From IMG/VR virus record IMGVR_UViG_3300032240_002575, positions 1 to 64,000 of that record: a stretch of 64,000 nt of DNA; one strand, written 5' to 3'. Made by a program: the position numbers and the translations under genes. Source of the stretch: a virus. Under the pieces are notes generated by a model. That model was not told the DNA's origin. It did no database searches and worked only from the letters and a program-made list of their open reading frames with translations. Positions 56,851 through 64,000 of the stretch are shown piece after piece. Position 1 is the first letter of the stretch, and each line of letters opens with the position of its first letter.

Positions 56851-58602
56851 ATGGAAGTAAGTTTGGAGTCGAAAGCGATGGCGATTCTTGAAACATATGA
56901 AGGTGGTAACAACTACCTTTTAGAATTAAAACGTAAATCACAGATTAACAAAAAATTCTACCCGACAAGAAGCCAATCCGAATACATTATATCATTCCAC
57001 GATAAGCAACCAAAGGTTGCCAAGAAGTGGGTGATTCTTGATGCTTACTTTGCCCAAAAGATGGCTGACGACAAGTTATACACAGAAATTCCGCAGAAAG
57101 TTTGGGTTGAAAAATTATTAGCAGATAAAGAAAAGGCTTACCATATTTGGGGAAAAGTTTTTGATAATGAAGAACTTCACGATTTTTGGTTACCAAAGGC
57201 TGCGATTATTAAAGACAATTCTGTAAAGGATGTTGTTATCGATTATTCAAAATATTCCAAACGTCCTCCTCTCAACCACCAAAAAGAATCAATTCAAAAG
57301 TTAGTTGAAAACAAAAAATTTATTCTGGCTGACGACATGGGTCTTGGTAAAACAACTTCGACGATAATTGCGGCGTTAGAAACAGGAGCAAAAAAAGTTT
57401 TGATTATTTGTCCAGCAACATTAAAAATTAACTGGAAAAGAGAAATTGAAAACTATTCAGACAGAAGTATTTTCATTGCTGAAGGTAAAAATTTCAGTAC
57501 TGAAGCTGACTTCGTAATTACCAATTACGACATTATTAAAAATTTTCACGACCCGAAGAAAAAAGATGATTCACAAATTTTGGCATCAAATTTTGATTTG
57601 GTAATTGTTGACGAAGCTCATTACATCAAGAACGCAACTGCTCAAAGAACAAAACTTATCAATGACATTGTTAAAAAAACTGAAAGGTTATGGATGTTGA
57701 CAGGAACCCCAATGACATCAAGACCGATGGATTATTTCAATTTGTTGAGTTTGGTTGAATCACCTGTCGCCAAGAACTGGATGGCCTACGCTATTAGATA
57801 CTGCGCGGGTTATCAATTCAAAGTTGGGAACCGTAAAGTTTGGAACGTCACAGGTGCTTCAAATTTGGAAGAATTAAGAGACCGAACTTCAGGATTAACA
57901 TTAAGACGATTAAAAGAAAACGTTTTGGATTTACCTGACAAAATTATCACACCAGTTTACTTGAGACTAAAATCAAAACAATATGAAGAGGTCATGGGTG
58001 AATACTATGATTGGTACGACAAAAACCCCGAAGAATCAAAATCACTAACGGTTCAGTTTTCCAAATTAACAAAAGTTAGACAAATCATTGCTGACGAAAA
58101 AATTGCACAAACAATTGAAATTGCGGAAAACATTTTGGAACAAGATAAAAAAGTAATCATCTTCTGTAACTTTACCGATTCGTTAAATAAAATTACCGAA
58201 CATTTTGGAAAAGCTGCGGTTAAATTAGATGGTTCTATGACAAAACCTGAAAGACAACACTCGGTAGACCAATTCCAAGAAAACCCAAAGGTAAAAGTTT
58301 TTGTGGGTAATATTAAAGCTGCAGGTGTGGGAATTACATTGACCGCTGCGGAAGCTGTTATTATGAACGACCTGTCTTTTTTACCTTCAGACCATGCCCA
58401 AGCGGAAGACCGAGCGTACAGATACGGACAAAAAAATAATGTATTGGTTTATTACCCAATATTTGAAAACACAATCGAAGGTATTATCTACGATATTCTT
58501 AACAACAAAAAACAAGTGATTGCTACCGTGATGGGTGATAACTTAAACCCAGCCGACGCAGCAGAAGAAATTCTTAAAAGAATTAACGACTTGCGAAAAT
58601 AA
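56851..58602 (+). CDS. SNF2-family helicase (SMARCAL1/HARP-like)
   Basis: LADDMGLGKT, DEAH, LTGTP, AGVGITLT, QAEDRAYRYGQ. Confidence 0.9.
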   Translation: MEVSLESKAMAILETYEGGNNYLLELKRKSQINKKFYPTRSQSEYIISFHDKQPKVAKKWVILDAYFAQKMADDKLYTEIPQKVWVEKLLADKEKAYHIWGKVFDNEELHDFWLPKAAIIKDNSVKDVVIDYSKYSKRPPLNHQKESIQKLVENKKFILADDMGLGKTTSTIIAALETGAKKVLIICPATLKINWKREIENYSDRSIFIAEGKNFSTEADFVITNYDIIKNFHDPKKKDDSQILASNFDLVIVDEAHYIKNATAQRTKLINDIVKKTERLWMLTGTPMTSRPMDYFNLLSLVESPVAKNWMAYAIRYCAGYQFKVGNRKVWNVTGASNLEELRDRTSGLTLRRLKENVLDLPDKIITPVYLRLKSKQYEEVMGEYYDWYDKNPEESKSLTVQFSKLTKVRQIIADEKIAQTIEIAENILEQDKKVIIFCNFTDSLNKITEHFGKAAVKLDGSMTKPERQHSVDQFQENPKVKVFVGNIKAAGVGITLTAAEAVIMNDLSFLPSDHAQAEDRAYRYGQKNNVLVYYPIFENTIEGIIYDILNNKKQVIATVMGDNLNPADAAEEILKRINDLRK

Positions 58603-58643
58603 GAAACAACGGATTATTTATATAAAACGGATAATCCAATTTT

Positions 58644-60170
58644 ATGAAAAAAACAGAAGAAAAAATCCAACAACTCGAAACACAAATACTTGAAAACCAC
58701 GTTAACAAAGAGAAGGAGTTGTTGATTACAGAAATGAAAAAAATAGGGATAGAAAAATTACCTTACTCCTATTCAGCCTTGAAACAGTTTATTGACCCAG
58801 AAACAATGAACTTCCATTACAACAAACATTACAAGGGATACGTGGATAAACTTAACGATGCGTTATCAAAAAAGAAATACGGGGATTTAGATTTAGAAAA
58901 AATCATCAAGACCATAAGTCGTTTTGATAAGGATATAAGAAATAATGCTGGTGGAGCATTTAACCACGCACTGTTTTGGAACATGTTAACCCCTGAACCA
59001 AAAAAATTAGATGGTGAACTTTATAAAAAGATAACCAAACAATGGGGAACCTTTACAAATTTCAAAAAGGAATTTGAAAAACAAGCCAAAGATAGATTCG
59101 GGTCAGGATGGGTATGGTTAGTATTAACTTCAAAAAATACTTTGAAAATTATGTCTACTCCCAACCAAGACAATCCTTTAATGAATGTGATTGAAAATGG
59201 TGGATTCCCATTACTTGGGTTAGACTTGTGGGAACACGCTTATTATTTGAAATATAAAAACAAAAGAGACGAGTACATCGCAAACTTTTGGAAAGTAGTC
59301 AATTGGGATTTTGTAAGTAAAATGTACGAAATGAAAATTGAAACAAAGTTAGCCGAATCTACAAAAATGAAACAAGTTTTGAGTGAAGGAAAATCTGAAA
59401 TGTGCTCCCAATCGGAAAATGAATTTTACAGAGTTTTGTTTAATGTAAATTCAGATGTTAAATGGACATTCATGAATGGTATAAACAAAATCATAAAAGA
59501 AGTTTTCCCTGAAAACTACATATCAAATCCTGAAAACGATGAACTTCCAGGTGTTTATAATCTTGAAGGACCCGGTAGGTCTGTAATAAATAAATTGAAC
59601 ACGAATTATACTGCATTTTGTATTTTAGTCAAAGACATCAACAAAGTCATTGCAACAATTCCAATCAAATTTACCGATAAAACACCAGCACAACAAAGAA
59701 AAGAAGTTGAAAGATTTGTAAAAACCATTGACCATTTCAAATATAGAATATTTGATAAAGACAGCTCAACTTTACATAACTTATTAAGAACCCTAACGGA
59801 AAAAAATAAAGCCGGTTCAAAAAGAGAGGAAATCACCGCAGCAATCATGAGACGATATTTTGGTGACAAAGTTCAAGTTGATGTTGTTGGAGAGTTGGGA
59901 AGTAAAAAAGATGCGATTCAAGGAGTAGATTTGGAACTGACAAAAGAAGATGGTCAAAAATACACAGCTCAAATCAAACCTTTTAGGAATATGATTGTTG
60001 GTGAAGACGGGATAACTTTGGAAGGGACTGCAAGTGTTAAAATTTACAACACCGATTTGATGATTTTCCAAAAAGGAAAAAATGTTTTGATATTCAATAA
60101 AAAACCAAAAATAGTAAAAGGTAATTTTGTTTTTCCTGTTGATTCGTTGATGTATAATATACAATCATAA
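58644..60170 (+). CDS. Mn/Fe superoxide dismutase fused to a C-terminal PD-(D/E)XK-like domain
   Basis: SOD motifs: LPYSYSAL, HYNKHY, NNAGGAFNHALFW, FGSGWVWL, PNQDNP, DLWEHAYY. The extra ~270-aa C-terminus contains GSKREE...DAIQGVDL...TAQIKP. Confidence 0.88.
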   Translation: MKKTEEKIQQLETQILENHVNKEKELLITEMKKIGIEKLPYSYSALKQFIDPETMNFHYNKHYKGYVDKLNDALSKKKYGDLDLEKIIKTISRFDKDIRNNAGGAFNHALFWNMLTPEPKKLDGELYKKITKQWGTFTNFKKEFEKQAKDRFGSGWVWLVLTSKNTLKIMSTPNQDNPLMNVIENGGFPLLGLDLWEHAYYLKYKNKRDEYIANFWKVVNWDFVSKMYEMKIETKLAESTKMKQVLSEGKSEMCSQSENEFYRVLFNVNSDVKWTFMNGINKIIKEVFPENYISNPENDELPGVYNLEGPGRSVINKLNTNYTAFCILVKDINKVIATIPIKFTDKTPAQQRKEVERFVKTIDHFKYRIFDKDSSTLHNLLRTLTEKNKAGSKREEITAAIMRRYFGDKVQVDVVGELGSKKDAIQGVDLELTKEDGQKYTAQIKPFRNMIVGEDGITLEGTASVKIYNTDLMIFQKGKNVLIFNKKPKIVKGNFVFPVDSLMYNIQS

Positions 60171-60191
60171 ACTAAAAGATATTTATTAGAT

Positions 60192-61313
60192 ATGTCAGTT
60201 ATACCAGAACCAGAAAGGTCAAAAATTTATACCAGAATTAAACACTTGTTGGGCGCACCAATTAGAAGTGTAGAAATCGAAGATGAGATGATGGATTCTT
60301 TGATGGAATTATCTATTCAAGATTATGAAGAATATGTTTTGAATTGGTTAATTGATAGTCAATGGGTTAACTTAGTTAATCTTAATATGACTGAGAAATC
60401 TGTTGCAAAAGCATTGATTACAAGAACAATGGATTTTGAACAACAGTTTTCATACGCATATTCAAAGATTGTTGGATTACAAGCTCAAGGGCCTTGGGTA
60501 TTAAAGAAAGATTATATCATTCTTGAAGAGAATAAACAAAACTACGAAATTCCAGCTGGTCGTGAAATTAATGAAGTTTTATGGTTCAGTAATCAACCGT
60601 GGACCGCATTTGGTTTAGGTGGTATTGGTGGATTTGGTGGTGTTGGTTTAGGTGCCAACGAAGCAGGTTTCGCCCAAATGGGTTATCAAGGTTCTTACTT
60701 TATGATGTCAGGTTTTGACTACTTAATAAGAATGCAAGAAGCAAATATTTTGAACAGAATTCTTGGTGGTCAATTAACTTATAGAATTACCGCATTACCT
60801 GACGGTAAAAAAGATTTACAACTATACAACGCTCCTGGTAATAATTTTAATTGGAATAATTATAGTGGTTATGTTGGTAAAGCAGTTTGGTATTGGTATT
60901 ATGATGTAACTCCTGATAGTAGAGCAGATTGTTTGAAAAACAACCCTGACGTAATCAAAATGCCAAATGATGTTCCTTTGCAAGAACTTACTTGGACGGA
61001 CTTGAATGTTCCGGCACAACAATGGGTAAGAAGATGGTTTACCGCTTATGTGAAAGAAACTTTAGCTAGAGTTAGAGGAAAATATAGTGGTAATTTGAAA
61101 ACACCTGATTCTGAAATTACAATGGACTACACAAGTTTATTGACAGAAGCAAAAGATGAGAAATCAAAATTATTAGAAGAACTAACAGGTCCTGAAGGTT
61201 GGTTAACAAGATTAAGACCTGAAAAAGTTATGGAAAGAGAAGCATTGATTGCAGAGAACTTAAACAAACAAATGAAGTTCAGAGCAATGCCTCGTCAAAT
61301 ATATGTAATTTAA
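60192..61313 (+). CDS. Neck / head-tail adaptor protein (T4 gp13-like)
   Basis: IKHLLGAPIRSVEIEDE, WVRRWFTAYVKETLARVRGKYSG, LLTEAKDEKSKLLEEL. Confidence 0.8.
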   Translation: MSVIPEPERSKIYTRIKHLLGAPIRSVEIEDEMMDSLMELSIQDYEEYVLNWLIDSQWVNLVNLNMTEKSVAKALITRTMDFEQQFSYAYSKIVGLQAQGPWVLKKDYIILEENKQNYEIPAGREINEVLWFSNQPWTAFGLGGIGGFGGVGLGANEAGFAQMGYQGSYFMMSGFDYLIRMQEANILNRILGGQLTYRITALPDGKKDLQLYNAPGNNFNWNNYSGYVGKAVWYWYYDVTPDSRADCLKNNPDVIKMPNDVPLQELTWTDLNVPAQQWVRRWFTAYVKETLARVRGKYSGNLKTPDSEITMDYTSLLTEAKDEKSKLLEELTGPEGWLTRLRPEKVMEREALIAENLNKQMKFRAMPRQIYVI

Positions 61314-61317
61314 TATT

Positions 61318-61653
61318 ATGGCAATTATAAGAACAATACCCTCAAGGAGAATTATAAACGGAGAAGTTATAAATACATCAGAAATTTCTATAGTTTCTGA
61401 AAAAGAATACGTTACAAACGGTGAAGAATGTATCATTGTAAGAAATGTTGCAGAATCTACAATCATTTTGGATTCTAAAACAACTGACCACACTGTGGTA
61501 AAAGCAATGACAAGAATAACAATCAAACCGGACACTGGTAAAATAGATGAGGACTACGATGAAATCGTTGCCGACAAATACGCTTGTATTGAGTTTAGAT
61601 TCTGCTCGGGTAACTGGTACATCTTATCTTCAGACGGTCTGAAGAACTCCTAA
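61318..61653 (+). CDS. Small beta-rich hypothetical protein
   Basis: 111-aa ORF directly following gp13-like; convergent overlap with the polymerase end. Confidence 0.6.
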   Translation: MAIIRTIPSRRIINGEVINTSEISIVSEKEYVTNGEECIIVRNVAESTIILDSKTTDHTVVKAMTRITIKPDTGKIDEDYDEIVADKYACIEFRFCSGNWYILSSDGLKNS

Positions 61654-63999
61654 TTTAGTTTCCCAACCTTCTTCCGCTAAATCATACATGTAATTAGGTT
61701 TCAAACCTCGTTTTTCCCAGTATGACATTTCAGCATCTGTAATGGTTAATACATCTTCCAATTTATCTTGGTCTGCTTCTTCAAAAGGTTGACCATTAAT
61801 AAGCTCACATTGTGATGTGGTAAATATTCCTCTTTTTTCGGGTTCATTTACAATCAAACCATTTCTAACATCTTCCTTGAAACAAACCAACAAAGGCTCA
61901 ATTCTTTTATTGAACGTTGTTATTGCTCTTGGAACATTGTAGTCACCTGTTAAGTTAGGGTCATTATCCAAAATGTCTTTATCCAACATATAACAATTAA
62001 TCTGAACACCGTCACCTTTCTTCTGAACATCACCATGTGAGGCTTTAACTCCGTTGTTAACATACATGATTACATCACCCAAACTAACATTAAGATTAGC
62101 AGCCATTGCAAGTTCCATATGAGCCATACGACTCATACTGTTACCTGCTTTAGTTTTTTCTGTTAGACGTTTTTTGTAATCTTCCATAGTCAATTTGACT
62201 TTGGCTCTTTGTGCAATTTTACTCAAAGGAATTTGTTTGTCATAAATCTTTTGTAAGTATTCATAATAATATTCAACAAAAGACTTACCATCACCTTCCA
62301 ATAACATCTTCACTCCTTTATCCAAAAATTCCTCTATGTATAGTGGTAGTTTCTTGGATTTGATACTATTACCTGTTAATTTGATTTTTCCTTTGGCATC
62401 CATAACCGCATAATTTTTACGAGCCAAGTTAATACATGAAGGCCAAACCCCATCCGTATCAAGAGCCATTTCACCTCTCATGAATATATCGTTGTACTCG
62501 GCAACATCAGCCTCAGGACCATAATACTCTTTACCTAACTTAACTTTCCAATTTAGACCACGACCAACATAAACTCGGTCTTTTGCTTCAGGAGGAGTTG
62601 AGAAGTTAACACCGTCCGTATCCATTACCAATGGAACATATCCTTTGGACATAAAGAACTTAATCATCTGACGAAGGTATTGTCTACCCGTACAAGTGAT
62701 TTGTTCTCCCATGTACATGTCACCCCAAGCATAAACCTGTGGAGCTGACAACGCACCGAACATTGAGTTGATGAAGATTTTGATAGGTAATTGTTTGTTC
62801 CCGTAAGATTCAGATTTTTTACGGTCTGTTTCGTAGTATTGTTCGGCCAATTGTTTGTATTTGATACGGGTATCACGGAACCATTTCAACATTCCTTTCA
62901 TTGCACCTGTTACGTCACAATCAGGGAATACATCATGTACCAACTGAATAGATGGGTATAGAGACGAGAAGTCAAGTTTCAATACATCTTTAGAGTAACC
63001 AACCTTAAGTAGTCGAGAAAGACCTCCTACGAAGTCAGTTTTACCTTGTTTTGCTGGTATTGCAAGTCCATGTTTGTATGACCAAGCCAACATCAACATT
63101 TTCCATAATGTGGCGGTACCCATGGTAGAAACCCTTTCATACGTTGTTGGAATCATCGCAGCTAGCAAGAACGAACCTTGATTGAACTCTTGGTCAACCT
63201 TTAGGGTTTCATCCAAGTCATCGTCAAGATACATTTCAACTAATTTGTCACCTGTAATCTTTTTGTATATGTCACTACGTTTTTCACAAACCTCATCAAT
63301 CTTTGGGTCTGCTCCAACTTTTTTATAGTTACCATTTTTTTCATTCAACCAATATTCTTCTTTTTTTACATAGAATGGGCCGATGTCCAAATGGTCAATG
63401 TAAACACGGTCAGGTGCCTCGGCGTTAATGTATTTGGTTATGTATTTCAAACCTGCGGCCTTGATACTTGAGTTAATCGCTTGAGCCCTACGAACAGCAT
63501 GGATAATATCAATTACGTTATAACCCCAAATTGAAGTTTGAGTAAATGTCTCAACCTCATTTGCAAGTTTCAACATACTATCTTTTCTTGTAAATGAATG
63601 GTCTGGGTGCAGTGACTTACATATTTTTCTTGGGTCAATTCCCAAAATTTTACATCTTTCAAAAATCCAATGCCAGTCGAAGTTTGCCGAGTTATACCCA
63701 CCAATGATACTTGGTTTTAATTCATTGATAACCTTAAAGAATTCAATGATGGCATTCTTTTCTTCCGCCTCATCCATACATTCGATAACTCGGTGATATC
63801 CCTTGTTTGTCTTAATTCCAATCATGAAGATACGACCATCCTTTGGTTCAAGTGCGGTTGTTTCCAAGTCATATACAAGTCGAGTCACTTCGTCATAATT
63901 TTCGAAGCCCTTAAATAAACGTTTTTCTTTTGAGATTAGATATTGTTCTACAGGAGGTAGAATCATTACTTTGTCTTTTGTTTTCTCACCCCACGGGTC
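61630..63999 (-). CDS. Family B DNA polymerase (5' part beyond window)
   Basis: ExoI DLETT, ExoII YNSANFDW, ExoIII YLDDD, DFSSLYPS, KIFINSMFG, MDTDG, KNYA. The frame stays open upstream of ATG 63966 to the window edge (DPWGEKTKDKVM). Confidence 0.95.
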   Translation of the reverse strand, partial: DPWGEKTKDKVMILPPVEQYLISKEKRLFKGFENYDEVTRLVYDLETTALEPKDGRIFMIGIKTNKGYHRVIECMDEAEEKNAIIEFFKVINELKPSIIGGYNSANFDWHWIFERCKILGIDPRKICKSLHPDHSFTRKDSMLKLANEVETFTQTSIWGYNVIDIIHAVRRAQAINSSIKAAGLKYITKYINAEAPDRVYIDHLDIGPFYVKKEEYWLNEKNGNYKKVGADPKIDEVCEKRSDIYKKITGDKLVEMYLDDDLDETLKVDQEFNQGSFLLAAMIPTTYERVSTMGTATLWKMLMLAWSYKHGLAIPAKQGKTDFVGGLSRLLKVGYSKDVLKLDFSSLYPSIQLVHDVFPDCDVTGAMKGMLKWFRDTRIKYKQLAEQYYETDRKKSESYGNKQLPIKIFINSMFGALSAPQVYAWGDMYMGEQITCTGRQYLRQMIKFFMSKGYVPLVMDTDGVNFSTPPEAKDRVYVGRGLNWKVKLGKEYYGPEADVAEYNDIFMRGEMALDTDGVWPSCINLARKNYAVMDAKGKIKLTGNSIKSKKLPLYIEEFLDKGVKMLLEGDGKSFVEYYYEYLQKIYDKQIPLSKIAQRAKVKLTMEDYKKRLTEKTKAGNSMSRMAHMELAMAANLNVSLGDVIMYVNNGVKASHGDVQKKGDGVQINCYMLDKDILDNDPNLTGDYNVPRAITTFNKRIEPLLVCFKEDVRNGLIVNEPEKRGIFTTSQCELINGQPFEEADQDKLEDVLTITDAEMSYWEKRGLKPNYMYDLAEEGWETKLGVLQTV

Positions 64000-64000
64000 A

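Noticed and set aside
7284-63999. Stop-codon reassignment as in some jumbo phages
   Set aside because: Conserved genes are full length in the standard code; TAA, TGA (e.g. 49027, 17344) and TAG (31324) all act as stops.
26536-63999. Inteins or introns in RNR, helicase, recombinase or polymerase
   Set aside because: Proteins are of normal length with contiguous motifs; no splice-junction or homing-endonuclease signatures were seen.
1-64000. tRNA, rRNA or mobile elements
   Set aside because: Intergenic gaps are all short (about 120 bp or less); no cloverleaf, transposase or integrase was recognised by eye.

Overview
This 64 kb window is part of a large, AT-rich, contractile-tailed (T4-like/jumbo myovirus) phage genome read in the standard code. 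A Bacteroidota host is plausible but inferred: there is an SprB-repeat protein, and gene starts have AT-rich leaders without a Shine-Dalgarno. Most genes are on the minus strand. Reading right to left: family-B DNA polymerase (5' end beyond the window); a plus-strand island (SNF2 helicase, Mn/Fe-SOD fused to a nuclease-like domain, neck protein); head-tail joining genes; tail sheath; HAD phosphatase; tail tube; tail assembly chaperone; tape measure; very large baseplate hub proteins; an inserted replication cassette (SSB, UvsX/RecA, 5'-3' exonuclease, DnaB-like helicase, class II RNR); gp25/gp6/gp7-like wedge genes; and fibre/adhesin-like genes. Several important elements are missing from the ORF track. 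(i) A >2,420-aa minus-strand ORF (7260 to <1) is ~2,000 residues of proline-free Gly-X-Y repeat (GTS/GTD/GSS/GSD); the long plus-strand 'PEVP' ORFs are its antisense shadow. (ii) A candidate +1 programmed frameshift (TTT TTT CGC) extends the tail chaperone, lambda G/GT style. (iii) A 53-aa ribbon-helix-helix gene is divergent from the sheath. (iv) A recurrent TATTTAT motif lies upstream of ~15 gene starts. All product calls come from motif recognition and synteny; no database searches were run.
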